A DNA stretch of 32,000 nucleotides, from positions 420,001 to 452,000 of the forward strand of contig JAWBCC010000001.1 in assembly GCA_038823825.1 (NCBI GenBank). The letters are read 5' to 3'. The notes under the pieces are model-generated. The model was not told where the DNA came from. It worked only from the letters and a program-made list of their open reading frames with translations, and did no database searches. Of this stretch, positions 8,519 through 17,043 are shown in pieces. Each line of letters starts with the position of its first letter. Within the stretch, counting starts at the first letter, position 1. The position numbers and the translations under genes are program-made. Source of the stretch: Candidatus Hadarchaeales archaeon (GTDB taxonomy: Archaea; Hadarchaeota; Hadarchaeia; Hadarchaeales; Hadarchaeaceae).

Positions 8519-8690
8519 CCGTGATCGCCCCCACTGGACAAACTTTGGCACAAAGACCACAATCATTGCACCTGTCGCTCGCCATAACCTGCCCATCTGT
8601 GGCTTCTATCGCATCAAGCGGACAAACACTCACACATGCCCCACATCTCATGCAGAGATTTCCATTCACGCGCATTCTATCCTCCAGCAT
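8499..8690 (-). CDS. 2x[4Fe-4S] ferredoxin
   Basis: Two CxxCxxCxxxCP motifs, CMRCGACVSVCP and CNDCGLCAKVCP. Lies immediately upstream of the GGR gene and overlaps it. Confidence 0.85.
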   Translation of the reverse strand: MLEDRMRVNGNLCMRCGACVSVCPLDAIEATDGQVMASDRCNDCGLCAKVCPVGAITVGKKRV

Positions 8691-8777
8691 ATATGCCCGT
8701 CAGCTATTTTTAAGTCATCGCTTGTTATGTCCATCAAAAAGATTAAATGCTCTCTTTCCCGATGCTCGTGAGAGGTC

Positions 8778-10004
8778 ATGATAGTCTGGCTAGTTTATCT
8801 TGTTGGAATGATTTTATCATGCGCAATGGCGTGGGCCCTAGGAGCAAACGATGCCTCTAATCCGACCGAATGCGCTGTTGGTGCAGGCGTCATTTCCTTA
8901 CGCAAAGCGATCACTCTTTTCGCGATTTTCGCCGCATTGGGCGGAATTTTGATAGGCCCATTCGTGATAAAAACGTTTGACAGGGGACTCGTCGATAGAA
9001 AAACTGGTTTCGAAACCGGCTTGCTCAATAAAGAGACCTTAATTCTCGGGAGCCTGACCTCAGCGCTTGCTACAATCATCTGGGTTGCCGTCTCTACTTG
9101 GCTCGGAATGCCAGTGTCAACAACGCACTCGGCAATCGGAAGCATTCTTGGATTCGGACTCATCGCTTGTCCAAGTCTAATTGGTTGGGGCAAACTGAAA
9201 CTCGTTGCAGTTAGTATCGTCCTTTCTCCCGTTTTATCCGCTCTTTTAGCCGCTTTCTTCTTTTACATCATGAGGCATATCTTTTTGCGAGGTTCAAACA
9301 AAAAGATTTTGCTCACAACGGCTGCAATAGTCTTCTTTATATTCCTCACGACATCCATTTCAATTTTCCAGATTTTTTGGAAGGGTAAAATCTCGGAAAT
9401 TGTCTTTGTCTCAACCATTGCCTCTGTTCTGGGATCATTAATCACCGTTGGATTGATGAAAAGAAAAAAATCAGGGAAAGATTGGAGAGAAGGTTCGCTC
9501 GCATTCTTGCTTATTCTTTCGCTATCTTTTTCGGCTTTCGCGTTTGGCGCAAATGATTTAGCAAATGCAACTGGAGTTTTTGTAACTCCTACAGAGATTC
9601 TAACCGGAAAACCAACTTTAACAACCATGCTAATTCTCGCAATACTTGGAAGCATCTTCATCGCTTTGGGCGGATTCACTTGGGGACCCAAGGTGATCGC
9701 AACGGCGGCCTACAGAATCACAAAACTGGATCCTTTGATGGGATTCTCCGCCGAACTCTCAAATGCCCTGTGCGTTTTCCTCTTCACCACCGTTCCCGCA
9801 TGGTTGACGGGCTTCGGTATACCTATTTCCACCACCCATAGCAGCATCGGTAGCATCATAGGTGTCGGTCTGGCTGCAGGTGGTTTTGGTAGCATCCATA
9901 GGGGGACCACAGGAAAAATCCTTGCCTTCTGGGCACTAACGATTCCTTGCGCAGCGTTTATAAGTATGGGAATTTTCAGATTACTTAGCTGGGTGATCAT
10001 TTGA
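8778..10004 (+). CDS. pit: Inorganic phosphate transporter, PiT family
   Basis: Polytopic membrane protein carrying the duplicated PiT signature, GANDASN and GANDLANATG. Confidence 0.9.
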   Translation: MIVWLVYLVGMILSCAMAWALGANDASNPTECAVGAGVISLRKAITLFAIFAALGGILIGPFVIKTFDRGLVDRKTGFETGLLNKETLILGSLTSALATIIWVAVSTWLGMPVSTTHSAIGSILGFGLIACPSLIGWGKLKLVAVSIVLSPVLSALLAAFFFYIMRHIFLRGSNKKILLTTAAIVFFIFLTTSISIFQIFWKGKISEIVFVSTIASVLGSLITVGLMKRKKSGKDWREGSLAFLLILSLSFSAFAFGANDLANATGVFVTPTEILTGKPTLTTMLILAILGSIFIALGGFTWGPKVIATAAYRITKLDPLMGFSAELSNALCVFLFTTVPAWLTGFGIPISTTHSSIGSIIGVGLAAGGFGSIHRGTTGKILAFWALTIPCAAFISMGIFRLLSWVII

Positions 10005-10675
10005 GAAGCGGTCCAATTGCTTGGTTGGGAAGAGGAAGGGAAAAGGAAATCCTAAGACTTTGTGAAACCCACATGCAGAAAATCTGTTCGGTTGTTATCT
10101 CGCTAAACGAAACGATGGAAAACTTTCAGAAGGGGAATCTGCAAGGAAGCAGAAGCTCCTATCGGACTTCCTTTGAGAAGGAAAAAGAAGCCGATGAGAT
10201 AAAGCGTAAAATACTCGTTGAACTTTACGGTAAGGTAATACATCCGCTCGATCAAGAGCATCTTGTTAGGCTCATTTTGACCGCAGATGACATAGCTGCA
10301 AATGCAAAAGCTGCAGCGATGAAAATCGGAACGCTAGCAGATCCGAAGAAAATACCTCCAAACCTCAGAAAACTCATGCTCAATGTTTCAGAGAATCTTG
10401 TCGGAATGGTTATGAAAACTTATGATGCGTTAAAGTTACTTAGAAAAGATAGAGAGTCTGCAATCGCTGTTACAAACGAGATAGAAAAGACCGAGGAATT
10501 GATCGACGACTTCAGAATCAAGAAAATCTTGCCAGAACTGCTTGAATGGTCCAGAAAATGTCAAGATATTGGACAGTATCTGCTCGTTAAGGAAATAATC
10601 GATAACATGGAAAATGTAGCCGACAGATGTGAGGATGTTGCAGATATAATCAGATTTATTGCTTTATCCCTCTGA
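10001..10675 (+). CDS. DUF47/PhoU-like putative phosphate-transport regulator
   Basis: Helical protein with a DUF47-like pattern (HPLDQEHLVRLILTADDIAANAKAAA; EKTEELIDDFR). The TTG start overlaps the pit TGA (TTTGA). The PiT+DUF47 gene pair is a conserved association. Confidence 0.75.
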   Translation: MRSGPIAWLGRGREKEILRLCETHMQKICSVVISLNETMENFQKGNLQGSRSSYRTSFEKEKEADEIKRKILVELYGKVIHPLDQEHLVRLILTADDIAANAKAAAMKIGTLADPKKIPPNLRKLMLNVSENLVGMVMKTYDALKLLRKDRESAIAVTNEIEKTEELIDDFRIKKILPELLEWSRKCQDIGQYLLVKEIIDNMENVADRCEDVADIIRFIALSL

Positions 10676-10677
10676 AT

Positions 10678-11433
10678 TTAGCCGATGTAGAATAACTCTT
10701 CACTTTCCCTTCTCTTCTCTTCCCTTCTCTCCATCTCACTCTTTAACTTGCGCATCATCTCCTCTATTTCCTTCGCGCGTATCTCCAAATTTTCAAAACT
10801 AACCGAAAGCCCCAGTATTTGTAAAAGCACGGTTAAAACTGCCTTAGCTGCACGTGCATCTGCAATCATTCCCATTGTTTCTCCCAAGAGACAGAGACCT
10901 TTTATCCCGCGCAGTTTTCCGAGACCAATGAGCAGCCCTGCCGCACCAATGATCGGTCCGGCCAATCTGTCTGATATCGCTCCGAATTTCTCTGCTTTTT
11001 TGACAAGACTTGCGTCTCCTAGAGCAATAACTCTTGGGGTGTTTATCACATACTCGCCAGTCGCGAGTCCACCTAACGTAAACATCTGTTTAACCCCTCT
11101 CTGCTCCAAGAAATCCAAGACCTTCTCGACAACCCGATAGTGTCCCTCTGACCCGAACGGCTGAACATCTCCCACCCAGAATATGTAATCTCTTCCGCCA
11201 GCTTGCGCATGATAGAGCTCGTTCCTCAGTAGTCTCATCGTCCCGTCCGGTTCTATCACAACATGATGAGGAAAAGAGGAGGAATATATTTCTGCAAACT
11301 TCTCTGCCTTCAGCTGCGTGATGAGATGTTCCACGGCTATCTTTCCGACGTGCCCCATGCCGGGCAATCCCTCTACCAAAATTGGATTCCTAAACTTTTT
11401 AGTTGCCAGCAGATGAATCACTGTTTCGCGCAT
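10678..11433 (-). CDS. PAC2 (proteasome assembly chaperone-like) family protein
   Basis: N-terminal ILVEGLPGMGHVGKIAVEHLI and the overall PAC2 pattern, with a charged coiled C-terminus. It is the last gene of the L44e-S27e-aIF2alpha-Nop10 string. Confidence 0.75.
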   Translation of the reverse strand: MRETVIHLLATKKFRNPILVEGLPGMGHVGKIAVEHLITQLKAEKFAEIYSSSFPHHVVIEPDGTMRLLRNELYHAQAGGRDYIFWVGDVQPFGSEGHYRVVEKVLDFLEQRGVKQMFTLGGLATGEYVINTPRVIALGDASLVKKAEKFGAISDRLAGPIIGAAGLLIGLGKLRGIKGLCLLGETMGMIADARAAKAVLTVLLQILGLSVSFENLEIRAKEIEEMMRKLKSEMERREEKRRESEELFYIG

Positions 11434-11585
11434 TCATACCCCTTCTTTAACATTCTTCTGTATTTCCCGTACGGATCGAGCGGAGAAAAACGTGGAGGAT
11501 GGGGAGTCGATGTCTCTCCTCCACATGCAGGACATCTCTCTCTCAAAGTGTATCTGCCACAAGATTTGCACCGTTTGATTTTCAC
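11418..11585 (-). CDS. nop10: H/ACA RNP protein Nop10 (55 aa); absent from the ORF track because it is under 60 aa
   Basis: My translation from the GTG at 11585 (2 nt after the aIF2alpha TAA) is (M)KIKRCKSCGRYTLRERCPACGGETSTPHPPRFSPLDPYGKYRRMLKKGYECAKQ*. It has the Nop10 zinc ribbon and the PHPPRFSP-DPY motif. The stop is TGA at 11420-11418, overlapping the PAC2 start by 16 nt. Confidence 0.85.
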   Translation of the reverse strand: MKIKRCKSCGRYTLRERCPACGGETSTPHPPRFSPLDPYGKYRRMLKKGYECAKQ

Positions 11586-11587
11586 AT

Positions 11588-12373
11588 TTATCCCCTTATA
11601 AACTCCCCATTCCCTCCCGCCCTTTTTATAGCCTCTATCGCAACGTCTGCCGCCTGTTTCATCACAGCCTCGGCCGTTTTGTAAGATGGTGCAGTCACGT
11701 TTATCCTATAGCGCGGTGGACTTTCCACATATATCTCTATTTTTGCATCAGCAGTTGCAGAAGCTTTGGCAGCGAGCAAGGCGGCTCTTATTGCTTCCAC
11801 ACCATTTGGCCGGTGAGAAGAAAGAACAAGCGTTCCAGAAATCTTGTAAAGGGGTGTTTCTATGTTTTCTTTGGCAATTTTCGCAAGTATCTTTATCCAT
11901 TTTTTATTCTCAATCACGCCGTCCAACGCATGCTCATCTTTTGCCAAGGCCTCGAATGCACCATATAGATCGCCAAATTTTTCCTGAAGCTTAAACCCAA
12001 TTTCCTCATATGCCTCATCCAAAGTTTTCTTCATCTTTTTTGCTGCAATTTCAAGGAGTTTTTCTGCTCTTTGCTCAAGCTTAATGCGCTCAATTTTCCA
12101 TCTTTTTTCGCTTTCCTTTACCCTACGTAAGGATAGATCTATCGCTCCACGAACCGGGTCTACAGAAAGAACCCGGCATACGATTTTTTGTCCTTCTCTA
12201 ACATGATCGCGGATGTTCTTTATCCAACCTGAAGCCACCTCCGAGATGTGAATCATTCCTTCCTTCCCGCCATACTCATCCAAGGTTACATAAGCCGCTT
12301 GAGGAAAGACTTTCGTAACCGTACAGAGAACCAACTCATCTAGAGAGGGCCACTCGGATCTCTTTCTCGGCAT
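11588..12373 (-). CDS. eif2a: Translation initiation factor aIF2 alpha subunit
   Basis: N-terminal S1 domain (GELVLCTVTKVFPQAAYVTLDEY...GMIHISEVASGWIKNIRDHV) plus the helical and alpha-beta domains. ATG at 12373 overlaps the S27e TGA (TGATG). The track start at 12376 is a TTG. Confidence 0.93.
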   Translation of the reverse strand: MPRKRSEWPSLDELVLCTVTKVFPQAAYVTLDEYGGKEGMIHISEVASGWIKNIRDHVREGQKIVCRVLSVDPVRGAIDLSLRRVKESEKRWKIERIKLEQRAEKLLEIAAKKMKKTLDEAYEEIGFKLQEKFGDLYGAFEALAKDEHALDGVIENKKWIKILAKIAKENIETPLYKISGTLVLSSHRPNGVEAIRAALLAAKASATADAKIEIYVESPPRYRINVTAPSYKTAEAVMKQAADVAIEAIKRAGGNGEFIRG

Positions 12374-12546
12374 CAACTCATCTCTCCGAGGATAACCCCC
12401 TTTATTTCGGCTTTTCCTCCTTTAGGAACAGCAAGAGTCTTCTCACATATTCGACATTTCACGATAGTGCTTGCGTGACTAAAAACCAATTGCTCGTTGC
12501 CGCATCCGGTACATCTGACGCGAAGAAAAGTTGCTTTCTTTTTCAT
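12373..12546 (-). CDS. rps27e: 30S ribosomal protein S27e
   Basis: Zinc ribbon FLRVRCTGCGNEQLVFSHASTIVKCRICEKTLAVPKGGKA. ATG at 12546 is preceded by GGTGA. A GTG at 12555 is an alternative start. Confidence 0.9.
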   Translation of the reverse strand: MKKKATFLRVRCTGCGNEQLVFSHASTIVKCRICEKTLAVPKGGKAEIKGVILGEMS

Positions 12547-12547
12547 C

Positions 12548-12826
12548 TCACTCACCTATTTGGACTTTCTTCGCTCTGAAGCCGGTGCGGGGATGAGCCT
12601 TGCCACACTCAGAACACCTAAGAAGCCAAGCAAATTTCTTTGTTGTCTTGAAAAATTTTTTCTGTTCAGATCTCGGCTGGCTACCGTAACCCTTGCTTAT
12701 TCTTTCGAATTGCCTCTGTCCCCAACTGAGAGACCTCGCCTTATGTTTCTTTGCCTGCGAAACCGTGTGCTCGGTATGTTTTTTACAGTGGGGACAATAC
12801 GTCCGGATTTTTTTTGGAAGCTTCAT
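12548..12826 (-). CDS. rpl44e: 50S ribosomal protein L44e
   Basis: MKLPKKIRTYCPHCKKHTEHTV...RCSECGKAH matches the family N-terminus and zinc fingers. The track start at 12838 is a TTG four codons upstream. Confidence 0.9.
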   Translation of the reverse strand: MKLPKKIRTYCPHCKKHTEHTVSQAKKHKARSLSWGQRQFERISKGYGSQPRSEQKKFFKTTKKFAWLLRCSECGKAHPRTGFRAKKVQIGE

Positions 12827-12877
12827 CGTCTCTGTCAAAATACTCGTTATCTACATAAAAGCCTGTTTTTCAAGATT

Positions 12878-13420
12878 TTACGACGGATGTATTTCCTCAG
12901 CGAACCTGTGTTTTATCACGAGCTCTGCGTTTTCCGCTGGCAAGTTTGCTATGTCTCCCGCGTCGAATGGTCCATAAATTTTCCCATCTACACCTACTAT
13001 TTTTTGTGAAATCCCTAGGCGAAAAACAACTAACCTTCTCACACAGGCTCCCGGAATCTTTATCGTTATTTTTTCTTCCGAAACCAGCGATCTTCGTATT
13101 TCTGCGAGAAGTCGGTTCACTTCTGAGAATTTTTCGCGTTCGATCTCAACCAAGTTCTGGGGAGCTCTTCCAGTTAGAATCAGAATAATTGCCTTTGTAG
13201 TTCTGACCGAAAACAAAAGCTCGGTCAGCCTAATCGCCTCTGAAAGCTGCCGCTCGGCCAATGCCTTTTCTAGCCCCCTCTTCTGCTGTATTTCCATTTT
13301 CAATTTTTCCAAAAGTTTACAAACATCCTGCACGAACCCGTCCGCAAGCTTTTCCACATCTTTTGAATTCATCTCGCGTTTGCATATTTCCGCAAGTTCG
13401 TCTAATGTCAAATCCTTCAA
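12878..13420 (-). CDS. Probable GINS subunit Gins51 (Gins15 family)
   Basis: Helical A-domain (LSEAIRLTELLFSVRTTKAIILILTG) followed by a small beta B-domain (VFRLGISQKIVGVDGKIYGPFDAGDIANLPAENAELVIKHRFAEEI). It sits directly downstream of priS, the conserved position of gins15/51. The TTG start overlaps the priS TGA. The call rests on pattern and context, not a computed alignment. Confidence 0.6.
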   Translation of the reverse strand: MKDLTLDELAEICKREMNSKDVEKLADGFVQDVCKLLEKLKMEIQQKRGLEKALAERQLSEAIRLTELLFSVRTTKAIILILTGRAPQNLVEIEREKFSEVNRLLAEIRRSLVSEEKITIKIPGACVRRLVVFRLGISQKIVGVDGKIYGPFDAGDIANLPAENAELVIKHRFAEEIHPS

Positions 13421-14364
13421 TGTTCCACCTCCATCAGGAACTTCGGTACTGCATCGTCTGGATGAAACTTTTCAATGTTCTTTATGACCATACATTTTCT
13501 GCTCACACCTGAATGAAGGCTAGACGGCAGCCTGAGTATACGTTTTGTGTCCACCGTTACTTTGCCGTCAGTGAGCTGAAAATTCATTTTTGCGAGAAAC
13601 TGGAGAAGTTTCTGAATGGTTCCAACTCCTATTTCTCCTGGTCTGAGAATTTCCTCTATTTGTCCTGCTTTTATTTTCTCAATGATTTTGCTTTTCTCTG
13701 CGAGAATTTTACTCAAAACCCTTCTCGATTTTATAGCATCTTTGAGTTCGTCCTCCCGAACTTTTTCCAGCATATACGCGATCCTTTTTCTGAATATCCT
13801 TGAATATCCGAAGGATATCGTCAAATCTGAAGGAATCACGCCTCCAACGATATAACTGACCATTTGATCACGTTCACTCGCACCCAAGAGCATTGCTGGC
13901 TCATCAGTTGTCCTCATGTGAAAACCTCTCCCAGAGTAAACAAAGTGTATATCCCGGAAGCCGAAATCCGATTTCAGAACATCCGAAAACTCGATTGCCA
14001 ACTGCTTAGCTTCCATTATACATTTCTCGCAGACCTCTCCTTTAGGACATCCGCAACTTTTTACAGGCAGGTCTTTTGCGTCTATGTCAAAAACCAATTC
14101 GGCTTTGATCCACCCCTCTCTTTGTTTCGGATTCTGATAGAGACAGACGCTCGAATACGCCGCATGAGGTGCTTTCGACTTCAGGAAATTTGCCAAGTCC
14201 TCGATCGTGAGAAACTGAATATACCTATAGTTTGGGCCTGTTCCATCCAAATCAAATCCAAATTCTCTCATGGAGAGAGTATGAAGAAGGAAATCTGGCA
14301 GATCCTCCTTTTTCCATTCCTCAGCGTAAAACCTACGCCTCTCCTCCGGTTTTGCCTCTCTCAT
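13417..14364 (-). CDS. priS: DNA primase small (catalytic) subunit PriS
   Basis: Catalytic motifs LVFDIDAKD and SGRGFH. The N-terminus MREAKPEERRRFYAEEWKKEDLPDF resembles characterised archaeal PriS. The track start at 14379 is a GTG five codons upstream. Confidence 0.9.
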   Translation of the reverse strand: MREAKPEERRRFYAEEWKKEDLPDFLLHTLSMREFGFDLDGTGPNYRYIQFLTIEDLANFLKSKAPHAAYSSVCLYQNPKQREGWIKAELVFDIDAKDLPVKSCGCPKGEVCEKCIMEAKQLAIEFSDVLKSDFGFRDIHFVYSGRGFHMRTTDEPAMLLGASERDQMVSYIVGGVIPSDLTISFGYSRIFRKRIAYMLEKVREDELKDAIKSRRVLSKILAEKSKIIEKIKAGQIEEILRPGEIGVGTIQKLLQFLAKMNFQLTDGKVTVDTKRILRLPSSLHSGVSRKCMVIKNIEKFHPDDAVPKFLMEVEH

Positions 14365-15625
14365 TATCACGCACGCCACCTCTGAACTTCTCCCTCTTCT
14401 TCAGAAAGTAATACGTGAGCGGATTCTTCACGTTTTTGCACATATCATCCGGTTTACAGAGCAGTGGAGCCGAGGACCTTATCTTGGAACAATTTGGAAC
14501 CATATACCATTTTGATCTCCCGGAATCCTCGATTTTCGGCTCGGTCGTCATCCCAAAGCCAAGATGATAGAAAATATTTGCTTTCTCCTGCGGTTGATCT
14601 TGGAAGAGGGGCGGGTTACAACGATTCGCCGCCTCTACTATGAGCGGGACGATTTCTTGAGTAACTATCGATATGTCTTTCACGAAATCAGATATCTTGT
14701 TTGAAGCCTTACCAGACGGCGCAATTCTTGCATATGAAAGAAACGATGTGAGAAGCATGACGACTCCAAAGTTTCTCAAGCCGTGACTCACACCATTCAT
14801 GACGGCTGAGACACAGGGAGGAAAACAGTCGGGTAAAAGTTTACCCGCCATGCGTCTGGTGTCGACCGCAATAGCTGGCGCCCTTGGCACCATCTTGGAT
14901 ATCCGTTCACCAACTGTGAGCAAGAGGGGATGCGGCTCTCCACCCTCCTGTAATTTTTCAAATACTTCCTGGATGTATCGCTCTGTTTTGACATACATAA
15001 GCTCCGAATAGAGGTCCCACAAATCACGAAGAGAAACTATTGCCCAGCCACTGACCATGTGAAGATCTGTAACTTGTAACCTCCCATGAGCAATAAGGGG
15101 AGAAAGATCATGCCATCTAACAGCCAAAGACGGCATATACTGGGGAAGAAGATGATCATCCACCTCCTTCAGCCCATCCTTCTTTAAGCGCAAATCTCGT
15201 ATCTTCCTAAGGTCGTTTTCATCAAAATTCATGCCAAGAGCTTTGGAGAGTTCTTGAAGTGTCAGATTTTTTATCTGCCCACTGATTGCTTTGAGACAGA
15301 AGTCTCCCTCTCCTTTTCTGAATAAGTTGTAAAGCCTGTACCTTATTGTGTCTCTCGTCTTTTCTGCCACAAACTGAACTTCCCTAGAATAAGGCATAGA
15401 CACAGAAGCAGTTGCCTGCATCGCCAGATAGAATGAGAGTATTTCGTTCTCAACAGCTCTCTCATTTGGTTCAACGATACATTCACTCGTCTTCCATTTC
15501 AAGCGATCTACTGCAAGTTCTATGATTTCCTGAGGCATAGAATCCAAGGGGGGTGCTTTAGCTACTATTTTCTTCGCTTCTTCGCCGAATGGGTCCAGCA
15601 CTGGAAGGTAGAAATCTGACAGCAT
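14333..15625 (-). CDS. priL: DNA primase large subunit PriL
   Basis: LLPDCFPPCVSAVMNGVSHGLRNFGVVMLLTSFL signature, with Fe-S cysteines in the C-terminal domain (RCNPP..., CSK..., CKPDDMC). Its 3' end overlaps the priS start. Confidence 0.88.
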   Translation of the reverse strand: MLSDFYLPVLDPFGEEAKKIVAKAPPLDSMPQEIIELAVDRLKWKTSECIVEPNERAVENEILSFYLAMQATASVSMPYSREVQFVAEKTRDTIRYRLYNLFRKGEGDFCLKAISGQIKNLTLQELSKALGMNFDENDLRKIRDLRLKKDGLKEVDDHLLPQYMPSLAVRWHDLSPLIAHGRLQVTDLHMVSGWAIVSLRDLWDLYSELMYVKTERYIQEVFEKLQEGGEPHPLLLTVGERISKMVPRAPAIAVDTRRMAGKLLPDCFPPCVSAVMNGVSHGLRNFGVVMLLTSFLSYARIAPSGKASNKISDFVKDISIVTQEIVPLIVEAANRCNPPLFQDQPQEKANIFYHLGFGMTTEPKIEDSGRSKWYMVPNCSKIRSSAPLLCKPDDMCKNVKNPLTYYFLKKREKFRGGVRDNERGKTGGEA

Positions 15626-15653
15626 CCGAATTCCATTTGGTGGAGCTGATTAA

Positions 15654-16400
15654 TTAAGCCTCAATTAGCGGGGCTAGGAAGAACCTCAGTTTTCCCTTTT
15701 CGAGTTTCATCTCCATCTCTAGCGGAAGATCGGTGCCAAGTTTCAAAATGATTTCATCCGAAGAAGACGCTCCTTTTACCATCTTCAGAAGATATTCTAG
15801 TTCGAACTTCGCACTCGTGTTTTGCTTCACATCAAGTTTTGTAAGTGCCGCGTCTCCCTCTTTCAATCTCAATTCCGAAGAGCCTTTCTTACCCTCAGCC
15901 GAAATAACAAACTCGCCTTTCTTTGCCATAATGAGAACGCTTTCGGACACCATTTCAGCGTCCTTTAGACCATCTATAAGCACTTCTGCCGTAAGCCCAA
16001 CTTCTGCCGTGAATTGTATTTTTGGCTCCGATACCTCTTCTTCTTCAACATTGATTATTGGAATTCCGAGTTTTCTCGTAGAAGCCCCGCGGAAAGTTAA
16101 AAGGAGTCTGCTCCCATCTTCAGAAATCTCCAATGTTAACTCTTCCCCGCTCTTCATTCTACTCAAAGCTTTCTCGAAGTCGACGAGATTTACACCGATT
16201 ATCATTTCATCTGTGACATCGTATTCGTCAAATGCATCAGCTGGAAGCTCGAAATCTACCATCGCTATTCTCGAGGGATCCAACGCCCGCATACTAACAC
16301 CTTTTGGTGTAAACCTGAAAGCTGATTCCTCAATCAACTCTACTATCGATCCGATGGCATTTTTCAAAATCTTCGGTTCAGCCATTCGCATCTTTACCAT
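15654..16400 (-). CDS. pcn: DNA polymerase sliding clamp PCNA
   Basis: The 248-aa protein has a PCNA pattern over its full length (PKILKNAIGSIVELIEESAFRFTPKGVSMRALDPSRIAMV... LAPLIE). The ATG at 16400 keeps the first beta-strand seen in homologues. Confidence 0.93.
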   Translation of the reverse strand: MVKMRMAEPKILKNAIGSIVELIEESAFRFTPKGVSMRALDPSRIAMVDFELPADAFDEYDVTDEMIIGVNLVDFEKALSRMKSGEELTLEISEDGSRLLLTFRGASTRKLGIPIINVEEEEVSEPKIQFTAEVGLTAEVLIDGLKDAEMVSESVLIMAKKGEFVISAEGKKGSSELRLKEGDAALTKLDVKQNTSAKFELEYLLKMVKGASSSDEIILKLGTDLPLEMEMKLEKGKLRFFLAPLIEA

Positions 16401-16732
16401 TCAAGTCCCTCCTCAAACCTAGAAATTTCTTGCCGAACTTCTCTATAAAGCTGTACGTTCAGGCCGTCCATCTTCTGAATTATGTCGATTTGAAGTTTTG
16501 TCTCCCCCATACCGACTGGGAAACCGAACACTCTGATAACAGAGCCAGGGCGGATGTCCTGCAAAAGGATGGGATCTTTTACAAAACAAGAAATTTGTCC
16601 GGTTTCGTCTGCTATTACTAAATCCACTTCACCTGTCTCGACCACCGTGCCTAAAACCCTCACTCGACCATCTGTTGATGAAATTTCCGAAATCCTCTTC
16701 TCTTTATAAGGCGAGCGTACAAACATGTTCAT
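16394..16732 (-). CDS. Small OB-fold-like protein (possible nucleic-acid-binding protein), function unknown
   Basis: OB-like pattern RVRVLGTVVETGEVDLVIADETGQISCFVKD...GSVIRVFGFPV. ATG at 16732 overlaps the TFS TGA (ATGA). The track start at 16768 would overlap tfs by 40 nt. Confidence 0.55.
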   Translation of the reverse strand: MNMFVRSPYKEKRISEISSTDGRVRVLGTVVETGEVDLVIADETGQISCFVKDPILLQDIRPGSVIRVFGFPVGMGETKLQIDIIQKMDGLNVQLYREVRQEISRFEEGLEW

Positions 16733-17043
16733 ACGTATTCTCTCCAGACTTTTCCACACTTCACACATTTATAAAACCTGGTGGATGGCTCGTCCGCGGC
16801 CCTTGTCTGTCTTATCCACCAGTAAGCTCTATCTGCGCCACAGTTCGGGCAAATCACGTGGGTTGTTGGAGCTAGTTCCCCTCTTTTTTCTACGACTATA
16901 ACGTCCGCTTCCTTTGTGGAAATTTTTCGCTTATCTTCCTGACTAGCCTGCTCCCGATATCCGCAGGAGTTGCAGACCAACATGAGTCTCCTGCCGATCT
17001 CTTGAGGTAGCATCACTCCCCCACAGCGTTTACACTTCTGCAT
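16729..17043 (-). CDS. tfs: Transcription factor S (TFS, RpoM-like)
   Basis: N-terminal ribbon CKRCGG...CNSCG and C-terminal ribbon CPNCG...CVKCG, with the acidic loop QTRAADEP. Confidence 0.9.
   Translation of the reverse strand: MQKCKRCGGVMLPQEIGRRLMLVCNSCGYREQASQEDKRKISTKEADVIVVEKRGELAPTTHVICPNCGADRAYWWIRQTRAADEPSTRFYKCVKCGKVWREYV

Noticed and set aside
8596-8596. The longest GGR ORF (start 8596, 421 aa) as the true gene
   Set aside because: It would overlap the ferredoxin gene by 98 nt and add ~26 residues (MGRLWRATGAMIVVFVPKFVQWGRSR) ahead of the Rossmann motif, which are absent from GGR homologues as I recall them. A downstream start is more likely, although I cannot prove which one.
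15733-16422. 229-aa ORF on the + strand, opposite PCNA
   Set aside because: It is a Ser/Phe-rich, low-complexity translation lying entirely antisense to a confidently identified PCNA gene. This is a typical shadow ORF. The same applies to 7350-7799 and 7706-8101 (opposite GGR), 10748-11140 (opposite PAC2), 12497-13009, 13864-14385, 21979-22407, 24043-24690, 25983-26468 and 29838-30164.
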